Shown here: piece by piece, positions 19,239 through 28,629 of the stretch | Layout of the letters: each line of letters begins with the position of its first letter | Position numbering within the stretch: the stretch's first letter is position 1 | Assembly (NCBI GenBank): GCA_964514585.1 | Contig: CAZETU010000001.1 | Coordinates: forward strand, 210,523 to 274,522 | DNA length: 64,000 bases | Origin: Candidatus Woesearchaeota archaeon | GTDB taxonomy: Archaea > Nanobdellota > Nanobdellia > Pacearchaeales > GW2011-AR1 | Direction of reading: 5' to 3' | The notes under the pieces: model-generated | What the model was told of the DNA's origin: nothing | The model's input: only the letters and a program-made list of their open reading frames with translations | Database searches by the model: none | Translations under genes and position numbers: made by a program

Positions 19239-19948
19239 TAACTTAACTCCACATACAAATAATATGCCGTCATTTCCACCGAAGAGGATTCATTCGCATT
19301 CTCCGGAACAATCATTTGAAAATCATAATTAACTCCATCAAAACCTGTTTTCCCACCATCCTCTAATAGCGTTGCAAAAATAATATCCGAATTTGTATAA
19401 TCATATAATAAAATTTCTTCAAAATCTGATGTCTGTGAAGCATCATTTACATAAGTATAAATTGCGGAACAATTTTGAGCCCCTATCTCAACATCACCAA
19501 CTCGAATTATTTCAGTATTATTCTCTAAAAATGTAGAACTAATATTATCATTCCCCGTATGCTCAAGGGCCGCATCTTCTGCGTCTATGTGAGTCTGATT
19601 CGCACAATTAACCATTGACCACTCAACAGTTCCAGACGCTCTCGTAGCATAAACCTCACCACTCACACTAGCCAAAGACCAATCATAAATAGTTGATCCA
19701 CCTACATCATCCAACGTAAAAAGTCCATCAATCCAACCAACAAAAGCTTTCCAGTGAGAATTCTGGGTTGATGCAGTAACATTTACCGTTGTTATGTTAC
19801 CGCCAGAAACATTAATTATTTTCGATGCCGCCGTTGATCCGCTTTCATTAGCAGTAATATTGATTGAGTCAGGTCCAGTAGGTATAGCAACAACAAACGA
19901 AATAGACATAACCAAAATCATAACCAAAATCAAGCCCTTAAAATCCAT
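19238..19948 (-). CDS. Secreted beta-rich, likely glycosylated protein; paralog of 41128-41907
   Basis: Signal peptide; many N-x-S/T sequons; YDWSLASVSGEVYA and DFQMIVPE shared with the paralog. Confidence 0.75.
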   Translation of the reverse strand: MDFKGLILVMILVMSISFVVAIPTGPDSINITANESGSTAASKIINVSGGNITTVNVTASTQNSHWKAFVGWIDGLFTLDDVGGSTIYDWSLASVSGEVYATRASGTVEWSMVNCANQTHIDAEDAALEHTGNDNISSTFLENNTEIIRVGDVEIGAQNCSAIYTYVNDASQTSDFEEILLYDYTNSDIIFATLLEDGGKTGFDGVNYDFQMIVPENANESSSVEMTAYYLYVELS

Positions 19949-20130
19949 AAATTAACCCCCACCTTTTTTATTTTATCAATCTTCCCATCAATAATCAATT
20001 CCAACAAATATTTTTCAGCCGTATTCCAAGAGACCCCAAGGTGACCAGCAATCTCACTACTTGTTACAATTTTCTCTTTTTTTATCAAGTTTATTATCTT
20101 TGAATTATGAACATTCATAATAGTATACAT
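19930..20130 (-). CDS. Small winged-HTH DNA-binding protein
   Basis: TSSEIAGHLGVSWNTAEKYLLEL HTH pattern. Confidence 0.75.
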   Translation of the reverse strand: MYTIMNVHNSKIINLIKKEKIVTSSEIAGHLGVSWNTAEKYLLELIIDGKIDKIKKVGVNLWILRA

Positions 20131-20266
20131 TGTAATATTAATAGCAACTTTAATAGCAATCTTAGTATTAAGATTAATATCAATATTATCTCCAGTACCA
20201 ATACTAATATTAATATTAGTATCAATAACATTACTAGTACCAGTATCATTACCAGTATCAGTAAGT
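20131..20266. repeat. Period-3 low-complexity AT-rich tract
   Basis: Nearly every third base is A on + (aat att aat agc aac ... agt acc agt atc att acc agt atc); contains short palindromes. Confidence 0.6.
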
Positions 20267-20384
20267 GTTTAGTTATGCAGATAACTATGAATACTCATAT
20301 ATAAAGGTTACGGAAATATAATTTTTGAAAAATAAATAACAATTAATTAACTTTATAGACGGTAAAAATCAAAATAAAAACAGC

Positions 20385-21107
20385 TTAATCATTTTCAACT
20401 CGCGGAGCCAATACAAATCCAATACCCATTTTCTCCCCAGGGAAATCCAGCTTCAAAGGATAGTCATTAGAAAAATTAACAACAACTCTTTCACTAATCT
20501 TAATCGCCTTAATGAACTTCATCAAATACTCCAAAGAATACTTAGACTTCCCACTCCCAAAAATCTCCATATCCTCACTAGAAAACTCCGCCCTCGCCGA
20601 ATTCAAATTCCCACTTCCCGAAACCTTAAACATACCTTCCTCCGCAGAAAAAGCACAACTATCAGCCACAACATTAGCGTCCTCAACAGCCTGAGCAAAC
20701 CCAAGCGCACCCATCTCAACACGAGCCCCAAAATTCAATTCAGGGATTTCTTTATCTTCCGTCGACACCTCAATCAAAGCCAAGGTAAAAATCCTCTTAA
20801 CCTTATCCAAAATCGTAATTTTCAACTTATTATCCTCTTGCTCAAAAACAACACTAGAAGAACTCGACGCCCTCTTCAAAATCTTTTTCAAATCATCCAA
20901 ATTAACACCCCAAACCTCATCTCCAGTTTCATACTGCGAAAAACTCGTATTAGGCAACTTGAAAATCGCCAAAGCAACATTCGCCGGATCAACAGCAACA
21001 ATACTAAGTCCCTCAGGATTCAACTTAATCCGCACCTCGTTCACAATCTCAGAAATTATACCAATCGCGTCACTAACTAACTTCGGATCATCCAATTTTA
21101 ATATCAT
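20385..21107 (-). CDS. pcn: PCNA sliding clamp
   Basis: AVDPANVAL, YSLEYLMKF, DYPLKLDF, FVLAPRVE; 240 aa. Confidence 0.95.
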   Translation of the reverse strand: MILKLDDPKLVSDAIGIISEIVNEVRIKLNPEGLSIVAVDPANVALAIFKLPNTSFSQYETGDEVWGVNLDDLKKILKRASSSSSVVFEQEDNKLKITILDKVKRIFTLALIEVSTEDKEIPELNFGARVEMGALGFAQAVEDANVVADSCAFSAEEGMFKVSGSGNLNSARAEFSSEDMEIFGSGKSKYSLEYLMKFIKAIKISERVVVNFSNDYPLKLDFPGEKMGIGFVLAPRVEND

Positions 21108-21165
21108 AAAAAAGAAAACTCCTCTCCTTATTTAAAGATTATTACACTCAAGATTATTCATTCAA

Positions 21166-21408
21166 CTAAACCGGCAAAGGAGGAGGCTGAGGTATAGAAT
21201 TCCCAATCAAACTTCCACCATCTCCACCACTAAGCAACAACCAAACACCAACGACAATTCCAACCAAAATCAAAGCAATGATTAACCAAATCCACCACTT
21301 AGATTTCTTCACAACTGGCTCAGTCGCAATTTCCGTAGCAATTGGTCTTGGTTTCACCTCCTGCATATTAGGTTGCTCTGGCGCCATTTGCCCCTTTTTA
21401 TTTTTCAT
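21166..21408 (-). CDS. Small single-TM membrane protein
   Basis: KKSKWWIWLIIALILVGIVVGVWLLL helix; Pro-rich C-terminus. Confidence 0.6.
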   Translation of the reverse strand: MKNKKGQMAPEQPNMQEVKPRPIATEIATEPVVKKSKWWIWLIIALILVGIVVGVWLLLSGGDGGSLIGNSIPQPPPLPV

Positions 21409-22652
21409 TATATAAATGCCTCAATCACTGTAGTGGATATAGAGCCGGTAGAAGCCAACTGTGTTGTATCACCTTCTCGAGTATATTTAATACTTATATC
21501 TCCCTTAAAACTATCTCCAAGAGTTAAACCAGCATCGCAAGTAAAAGGAATATCTATCGTAGCTTCTGAAACAATTGCTACCGGCGTAGAATCAGCAACA
21601 CATATAATTCCCCCATCAGTATCCACAGTAGCCTCAGAAAGAATTAAATCATCCTCAGCATTATTTTTCAATCCTAAATCTATAGTCCCTGTATTGTCAT
21701 CAGCTCTCACACCCCAAGCTTCCAAATAAAAAGGGGCATTTATCATAGCAAAATTAGGAATATTAGAATCCAAGCAAGCCCCATCCTCACAGCCATTAGG
21801 ACACATATAAGCTTCATCATCATATTCCCCAGATTCTTTACAAATAAATTCAAACAAAGTATCTCCACTACAAGTATCACTAGCAGAAGTAATTCCTTCA
21901 ACTGGAGCATCTTCATTTTGACCAGTTACAGTTCCCTTGGTATAGTAATTCAATCCCCCATCACTATCAACACAACCATCATCACTAACAGGTAAACTAG
22001 GAGGTCCTACTTCACTCGGCTTCTCTAACTTACAATCTCCTGAAACTTTCACGATCATACCCATTCCTAAAAAATCATTTAAATCAAAATGTTCAAGATC
22101 AGGAGCAATTGACATCCATTCACCATCTTCGGGATTCCAAGCATATATCTTTTCATAATTACAATTTCCCTTTATCTTATCCCACGAGAAAGTATCATCA
22201 TAAAAAATATTAGTTGTAAACCCAATAAAATTCCACCCACTAAACAGCGAAACATATTCTAAAGGAATAAATTCAAGTGTTTTATAGGTCATTTCCCCTC
22301 TAACATCCGAATAAACCCAAAAGGAACTAGCACTAATGTAAGTATCCCACCGAGTATTACTTCCTCCCATTTTCTCTCTTTCAGGACTAGGATAAAATCT
22401 AACGTACTCTTGAAGTTGAGAATTCCAAGCATAAACAGCTTTAATATTTTCCGAAGAAATATCTCCAGATTCTATCCAATCGGGATTTCCAAAACCATGA
22501 AGCAGATTCCATCCCTTTTCTACATTAACAGTAACGCTATCTATTTCAGTATCAATAGAACCACCATCTGTATAATCTAGATTATCCCTTATTGCCCCCA
22601 CAAAAACACTCAAAACCAAAACAAATCCAAGAACCAAAAATAACTTTTTCAT
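21408..22652 (-). CDS. Secreted mosaic surface protein
   Basis: Signal peptide; two GWN-containing repeats; Cys repeat CVDSDGGLNYYTKG...CPNGCEDGAC; beta-sandwich-like C-terminus. Confidence 0.7.
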   Translation of the reverse strand: MKKLFLVLGFVLVLSVFVGAIRDNLDYTDGGSIDTEIDSVTVNVEKGWNLLHGFGNPDWIESGDISSENIKAVYAWNSQLQEYVRFYPSPEREKMGGSNTRWDTYISASSFWVYSDVRGEMTYKTLEFIPLEYVSLFSGWNFIGFTTNIFYDDTFSWDKIKGNCNYEKIYAWNPEDGEWMSIAPDLEHFDLNDFLGMGMIVKVSGDCKLEKPSEVGPPSLPVSDDGCVDSDGGLNYYTKGTVTGQNEDAPVEGITSASDTCSGDTLFEFICKESGEYDDEAYMCPNGCEDGACLDSNIPNFAMINAPFYLEAWGVRADDNTGTIDLGLKNNAEDDLILSEATVDTDGGIICVADSTPVAIVSEATIDIPFTCDAGLTLGDSFKGDISIKYTREGDTTQLASTGSISTTVIEAFI

Positions 22653-22729
22653 AAAACCACAACCCCATTATATTATATAAAACTTCCCATCACAACAATC
22701 TCTAAAAACCAACATTTCTTAATTTTAAC

Positions 22730-24358
22730 ATGGACAATAACAAAAAAGAAGGTCATGACAAAAGTCCCGAATATTCCAAAAAACCTTTAACAAAGACCCA
22801 GCTAATCGCCCCATCATATTACAACAGAAAAGACATTCAGGCAAAAATGTTCGAATTCTGCCGCCATAGAGAAAGCGTCGCAAGTTTCAACTATGATTAT
22901 TGGGCAAAACGCCCCGACACCTTCGACTACCCAACCGATATCCCAAATGCTGCAAGAAACGGCGCAACATCATTCCACTGCTCCGAAGAAATCTGGACTA
23001 ACCCACTCGACATCAAAACCGACATGACCCCACAACAGTACAACGAAATCAAAACAGGCTGGGACTTCCTAGTGGACATCGACTCCCCATTCCTCGACTA
23101 CGGAAAAATCGCCGCAAAACTAATTATCAACGAACTAGAAAAACACGACATCAAAAACTTCGGAATAAAATTCTCCGGCGGCAAAGGCTTCCACATCATC
23201 GTCCCATTCAAGGCATTCCCAGAAGAAGTAAACGGACAACTAACAAAAGACCACTTCCCAGAATGGCCACGACTAATCGCAGGCTACATCTTCAGTCAAA
23301 TCCGAGAAAAAATGAACCAAGAAATCCTAAGGCTAACAACCCGAGACAAACTCCGAGAACAAGGCGAACTAGTCTCCGAAAACCTCTGTCCAAAATGCCA
23401 CAGTCCAACAGTAAAAAAAGTAATTGGCAAATACGTCTGTCCCGACATCAAATGTAAAACCGAAGTCGAATCAATGAAATCAAACAGAAAAGAAATGCTC
23501 TGCCCTTCTTGCAACGGAAAAATGAAAAGAGTCTCACAACGAGAAATCGACTTCTGCGAAACCTGCAAAATCAGCACAGCCAAACTCGAAGCAAGTTCAA
23601 GCACATACGGCGGACAAGTTAGACAAAACACAACCCAGTTCAAAGTAGAAGACACAATCAAATCAACTGAAGACTCAGTCGACGTCGTCTTAGTTTCTTC
23701 CCGCCACCTTTTCAGAGCCCCATATTCCCTCCACGAAAAAACCGCTTTCGCCTCAATCGTAATCGACAAAGACCAAATCGAAGACTTCAAACCAACCGAC
23801 GCCGACCCCCTAAAAATCAAAGAACCAAAATCATTCATGCCAAACGTGATAGAAGGCGAAGCAAGAAAACTCCTCTCAGAAGCCCTTGAGTGGGGAAGAG
23901 AAAACGCGCCAAAAGAAGAAAAGAAAAAATACGAAGGCGGGCCAATCGACATGCAAGGATTAACAATCACCGAAAACATGTTCCCGCCAGTCATCCAAAA
24001 AATTCTAAAAGGAATCCCAAAAGACGGCCGAAAAAGAGCCCTATCCCTACTCCTAGCTTTCTTCACATCTCTCGAACTCCCCGAAGATTTCATAATAGAA
24101 AAAATAGCCGAATGGAACAAGAAAAACTACCACCCCCTAAAAGAAGGATATATCAAATCCCAAATTTCATGGTCTCTAAAAAACAAACGACTCCCTCCAA
24201 ACTACGACAAACCCCTATACAAAGAATTCGGCATCACAAACCCCCCAGAACCCGGCATGAAAAACCCAATAAACTACACAATCAAAAGAGCCATGCAAGC
24301 CAAAAACAAATCCTCAGGAAATTTCTACGTCAAACCAAAACACAAAGGCGAGATTTAG
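22730..24358 (+). CDS. priS: Fused PriS-PriL(CTD) DNA primase with a zinc-ribbon insertion
   Basis: WDFLVDIDS, KFSGGKGFH, RHLFRAPYSLHEKT; C-terminal FPP...DGRKR...EWN...LPPN resembling the PriL/PriX domain. Confidence 0.88.
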   Translation: MDNNKKEGHDKSPEYSKKPLTKTQLIAPSYYNRKDIQAKMFEFCRHRESVASFNYDYWAKRPDTFDYPTDIPNAARNGATSFHCSEEIWTNPLDIKTDMTPQQYNEIKTGWDFLVDIDSPFLDYGKIAAKLIINELEKHDIKNFGIKFSGGKGFHIIVPFKAFPEEVNGQLTKDHFPEWPRLIAGYIFSQIREKMNQEILRLTTRDKLREQGELVSENLCPKCHSPTVKKVIGKYVCPDIKCKTEVESMKSNRKEMLCPSCNGKMKRVSQREIDFCETCKISTAKLEASSSTYGGQVRQNTTQFKVEDTIKSTEDSVDVVLVSSRHLFRAPYSLHEKTAFASIVIDKDQIEDFKPTDADPLKIKEPKSFMPNVIEGEARKLLSEALEWGRENAPKEEKKKYEGGPIDMQGLTITENMFPPVIQKILKGIPKDGRKRALSLLLAFFTSLELPEDFIIEKIAEWNKKNYHPLKEGYIKSQISWSLKNKRLPPNYDKPLYKEFGITNPPEPGMKNPINYTIKRAMQAKNKSSGNFYVKPKHKGEI

Positions 24359-24747
24359 CCTTTTTTCATATCTAAATATTTTCGAATTAGTTTTTCAGTT
24401 CTCTTAGAAACCTTCGTCTTACTCCCAGGTTTCCAGTAAGAAATATGTTTTATTTCATGTCTTGGTCTTGATTTCCCCGAAGCCTTAACTAAAAAGACCT
24501 TTGCATGATTAACAATCCTTCTCCCTTTATTGTCATGCCATTGATATCCTTTATAACTAAAAAGATATTTCATACTCTTAGTCCACAATCCAGTCTCTTC
24601 TCTTAATTCTCTCATTGTTGCTTTTTTTCTTGACTCACCTTTATCCGCTCCTCCCCCAGGCAAGGCAAACACCTCTCTTCTTCCAGCTACAACCAAAACC
24701 CCTTTTCTAGATTCAACAATCGCCACACCTTTTCTTCTTATTCTCAT
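24355..24747 (-). CDS. NUDIX hydrolase
   Basis: Nudix box GGADKGESRKKATMRELREETGL. Confidence 0.9.
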   Translation of the reverse strand: MRIRRKGVAIVESRKGVLVVAGRREVFALPGGGADKGESRKKATMRELREETGLWTKSMKYLFSYKGYQWHDNKGRRIVNHAKVFLVKASGKSRPRHEIKHISYWKPGSKTKVSKRTEKLIRKYLDMKKG

Positions 24748-25296
24748 CTACCCCAGCTCCTCAAACCACTCCCTCATCATCTTCGGCATCCGCTTATACA
24801 ACCAAGCATTAAACTTCACAAACTCCCGAGTCTCCATCGTCACATAATCAATAATCTTATCATAATCCCCATGCTTAAACCAAATCGGCACCATCATCCC
24901 ATCACGATCCTTCCCAGTAATCTTATTCAACCCCGACCCCTTAAACTCACCACCCTTCATCAAAATCCCAATCACCCTCAAATCAATAAACGGCTTCGAC
25001 AAAATATCAATCTCAGCCAACCCATGAATCTCAGCCCGCCTCTTCAAAAAATTATGCTCGAAAGTCAAATTATACCCAACAGGCACGAAACTAAAATCAT
25101 AATCATCAAGAAAGCTGGTCTCTCTCAAAAATTTCTCAATAATATCTTTCTCACAACTCTCCCAAGACTTCAAAATCACCAACGGACCAATAGCTTCCCC
25201 AGTCCCACGACTTAGTTCCTGATATTGAATCGTCACAATCTCATCAACATTCGGATTCAACCCCGTCGTCTCGATATCCAAATAAAAATTCCCCAT
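24748..25296 (-). CDS. RNase H-like / DEDD 3'-5' exonuclease domain protein
   Basis: YLDIETTG, VGYNLTFE, FIDL; start reassigned to ATG at 25296. Confidence 0.8.
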   Translation of the reverse strand: MGNFYLDIETTGLNPNVDEIVTIQYQELSRGTGEAIGPLVILKSWESCEKDIIEKFLRETSFLDDYDFSFVPVGYNLTFEHNFLKRRAEIHGLAEIDILSKPFIDLRVIGILMKGGEFKGSGLNKITGKDRDGMMVPIWFKHGDYDKIIDYVTMETREFVKFNAWLYKRMPKMMREWFEELG

Positions 25297-25363
25297 AAAA
25301 CTATATACTAACCAACTATAAAAATTTAACAATATTTATAAACAACTTGTCCTATATCTACAC

Positions 25364-27277
25364 ATGAAAAAGACAGGGGTGATGATAGTGCTATTCTTAT
25401 TAGTATTCTCATTAGTCCCACTAATTCTCTCAGCAGAAAACGACACATGTGAAGCAAACGAAGATTGCGGAACTGGAGAAATATGCGACAACGAATTATG
25501 CATCATCGAAGACGACACAACAGATGACGATGACGAAACAGAATCCCAACAAGACCCAGAAAAAATTGACGAAGCCTTTCTTTGTCTAGAAGATAAGGCC
25601 GACGATTGTTCAGGGTTAACAACTCAAGAAATCGCACTAACAATACTAGCAACTCCAGACAACATATTCGACGACTGCGTAGAGGAATTAATCGACAAAG
25701 AATCTTCAGATAACTGGGGAAACGTCCGAGACACCGCACTAGCAATCATAGCCCTAAAACACGCAGGTGAAGACACAACCGACTACGAAGAATGGCTACT
25801 CGAACAAGAACAAACCCCAACAGAATTAATCTGGTACTTGCAAGAAGATTCAAACGAACAAACAGAATGCCACATCGGCTACGACGCAAAAGATTACCTA
25901 ATAACAATAGGTGAAAACAAAAAGATCGACAAGAACGCTGGGTCATGTTTAACAAGAGCTCAATCAAACTTCTGGTTACAAATAAACTCAAACTGCTTCG
26001 AAGAAGAATTCATAATCGAATGCGACAAAGATTTCATAGCAAACCTATTATACAGAAACCAAAAATCCTCAACAATATATGTATTAGAAGGAACTGAAAG
26101 CTCTCCAGCCTTCGGATCAATATCACTATCAGTAAAATCAAAATGCTTTGGAAAAAACTCATGTGAATATGAAGCAACAGCATGGGCAACACTAGCACTT
26201 TTATTAACCGGTCACAACGTCGAAGAATTCATACCATACGTAATCGCAATGTCCGACACAAACGAAGGATACCTACCAGAAGCATTCATCTACATGCTAA
26301 CAAACTACGAAGATTATGCAAGCCAACTAGTCGCAAGCCAAAAATTAGGAAACTATTGGGAAGCCGAAAATTCTGCATACAACCGGCACTACGACACATC
26401 ACTAGCATTACTTGCATTAGGCAGCTCATCCTCATCAGAACAAATCACAAAAGCACGAGACTGGCTGTTATTTTCACAAGGTTCCAACGGTTGCTGGTCA
26501 AACTCAATAAAAGATACGGCAATGGCTTTATGGGCACTTGAAGGGCGAGCAGGACGAGCTTCATCAGGCGGCGGCGTAACATACTGTTCAGAAGCAGGTT
26601 ATTTCTGTGTCCCAACATTCGAATGCCCAGCCTCAGAAGATGTAGGAAATAATTATTTCTGTGGTTCACTTTCAGACACATGCTGTATGTCAGAAAACCT
26701 AAAAAGCTGTTCAGAATATGGCGGCTCACAATGTGAGTCAACTCAAGTCTGTGCAGGAAATTCCAGAAAATCAACAGATATAGAAACATGTTGCACAGGA
26801 GAGTGTGTAGAAAAGCCAACAGAATCAGAGTGCGAAGAGAATTTCTACACATGTATGGACGAATGCTCAGAATTTCAAGAATCAATATCAACATATTCTT
26901 GCGACGGTGTTCAAGTTTGCTGTCGAACCAAAACTGAATCAGAACCTAGTTCATCTTGGTGGATTTGGATGCTAATTATTTTAATCTTAATAACACTAGG
27001 AGCAATAGGATATATTTACAGAGAAAAAATAAAGTTATGGTGGTTTCAATTTAGATCAAAGTTCAAAAAAGATAAAGGCAAAAAAGGCCCAGGCCCAAGA
27101 CCAGGTATGCCACCAAGACCAGGCCCAGGCCCAAGACCAGGTATGCCACCACGACCTGGATTTCCTCCAGTAAGAAGGGCTCCTACCCCAGTAGCTCAAC
27201 AAAAAGGAAGACCTTACGACAGAAGAGATCCTCAAATGTCAGCAACATTCAAAAAACTCCGAGAAATGTCAAAGTAA
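25364..27277 (+). CDS. Membrane-anchored surface protein with alpha/alpha-barrel-like repeats, Cys-rich stalk and Pro-rich tail
   Basis: Repeats DTALAIIAL, DTSLALLAL, DTAMALWAL; SQGSNGCW; C-terminal TM helix. Confidence 0.72.
   Translation: MKKTGVMIVLFLLVFSLVPLILSAENDTCEANEDCGTGEICDNELCIIEDDTTDDDDETESQQDPEKIDEAFLCLEDKADDCSGLTTQEIALTILATPDNIFDDCVEELIDKESSDNWGNVRDTALAIIALKHAGEDTTDYEEWLLEQEQTPTELIWYLQEDSNEQTECHIGYDAKDYLITIGENKKIDKNAGSCLTRAQSNFWLQINSNCFEEEFIIECDKDFIANLLYRNQKSSTIYVLEGTESSPAFGSISLSVKSKCFGKNSCEYEATAWATLALLLTGHNVEEFIPYVIAMSDTNEGYLPEAFIYMLTNYEDYASQLVASQKLGNYWEAENSAYNRHYDTSLALLALGSSSSSEQITKARDWLLFSQGSNGCWSNSIKDTAMALWALEGRAGRASSGGGVTYCSEAGYFCVPTFECPASEDVGNNYFCGSLSDTCCMSENLKSCSEYGGSQCESTQVCAGNSRKSTDIETCCTGECVEKPTESECEENFYTCMDECSEFQESISTYSCDGVQVCCRTKTESEPSSSWWIWMLIILILITLGAIGYIYREKIKLWWFQFRSKFKKDKGKKGPGPRPGMPPRPGPGPRPGMPPRPGFPPVRRAPTPVAQQKGRPYDRRDPQMSATFKKLREMSK
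27086..27157 (+). repeat. 36-bp tandem duplication encoding (GPGPRPGMPPRP)x2
   Basis: ggcccaggcccaagaccaggtatgccaccaagacca followed by a near-identical copy. Confidence 0.9.
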
Positions 27278-27324
27278 TTCTCCTCGGGCAAAGGATTTAT
27301 TAATCCCGAAAACCTTTTCTCCAA

Positions 27325-28629
27325 ATGAGGTGCGTAGCAATTTTGTTATCAATATTTCTAATATCCATGGCATCAGCCCTTCCTTTATTAGAATTCCAAC
27401 ACGAACAAACTCAACCAGGCGAAACAATTCTTGCAGCAATTACAACAACAGGAGAATTCTCAGAAGAAATAAGCAATGACCAGGTCAAATTCTACGAAGG
27501 CCGAAAAGAAATATTTTTAGAATCAGGCATAAAATTCTACGAAGACACTCATTACTTATATGTTTATACGACAAGAGAAGGAAACTTTTCAATGAAAATC
27601 TCAAATATATTATACACAGAGAAGGGCGAACTAAAATCAACAACAATCACAACACCTCTACTTATTCAAACAAACGAATTAACAGACGACAACACTACCT
27701 ACACTGAAATCCTATCAATAAAACCAGGAGTAGTAATAGCAAACCCAGAAGCAAAAGTAAAACTAATAAACAAAGGAACCTCCCCTATAGACGTAACTTA
27801 CGACGAAAACGAAATAACGATACAGCCACTCCACACAGAAGAAATAATAACATATCCACAAAAAATATTCTCCGAACTAAAAATTTCAACATACAAAGAT
27901 TTTACAGTTTCAATAATATACCCAACATTTAACTCAAGCCTAAATGAAACACCATTTATAGAAGAAAAATTCGATCTTAAACACGACCCAGACTTACTTT
28001 TTGCAGAGTTAATCGTAGATAACGACACAACAGAAACAATTCAACTTTTCAACTTCGGAAACGAATCAATAACAAATATGGTGTTCGTAACAGATATAGA
28101 CTTCATAGAAATCAAAACAATAGAAAACATGACAGGAAAAGAAATCCACAACCTATCACTCTCATTCTCACCAAACTATCCAGGCCACATCCAAGGCGAC
28201 ATCAATATAACATACACACAATACGATGAAGAAAAAACAATCTCAATTCCACTCAGTATATTCGTCCTACCAAAAGGAAGCACAGTAGAAGACTTCAACG
28301 TCACCGAAGAAACTTGTTCCGACCAATTCGGAATAGTCTGTGCAGATAGTGAAGTCTGCGACGGCAAAGCAATCTTCACCAAAAAGCAAGACTCAATAGA
28401 CCGAGAATATTGTTGCCTAGGAAGTTGCCTTCCAATAGAAACAGACGAACCAGGAAGCGGCGGTTGGGGTTGGCTAATTGGACTAGTCATTTTAATAATT
28501 CTAGGAGCAGGTGGATTTTACTTCTACAAAAAATCAAAAGGGATCAAGCAAAAAACTCCAGATCAACAAATCAAAGAAACTACAGACAAATATTCGAAAA
28601 GATTAACTGGCGGACTAGAGCGAGGATAA
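27325..28629 (+). CDS. Membrane-anchored secreted protein (beta-rich domains, Cys-rich module, C-terminal TM)
   Basis: Signal peptide; sequons; CSDQFGIVC...CCLGSC; GWGWLIGLVILIILG. Confidence 0.7.
   Translation: MRCVAILLSIFLISMASALPLLEFQHEQTQPGETILAAITTTGEFSEEISNDQVKFYEGRKEIFLESGIKFYEDTHYLYVYTTREGNFSMKISNILYTEKGELKSTTITTPLLIQTNELTDDNTTYTEILSIKPGVVIANPEAKVKLINKGTSPIDVTYDENEITIQPLHTEEIITYPQKIFSELKISTYKDFTVSIIYPTFNSSLNETPFIEEKFDLKHDPDLLFAELIVDNDTTETIQLFNFGNESITNMVFVTDIDFIEIKTIENMTGKEIHNLSLSFSPNYPGHIQGDINITYTQYDEEKTISIPLSIFVLPKGSTVEDFNVTEETCSDQFGIVCADSEVCDGKAIFTKKQDSIDREYCCLGSCLPIETDEPGSGGWGWLIGLVILIILGAGGFYFYKKSKGIKQKTPDQQIKETTDKYSKRLTGGLERG

Noticed and set aside
20107-20304. Plus-strand 65-aa Asn/Ile-rich ORF as a real gene
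   Set aside because: It is a by-product of the period-3 tract and overlaps the HTH gene start on the opposite strand.
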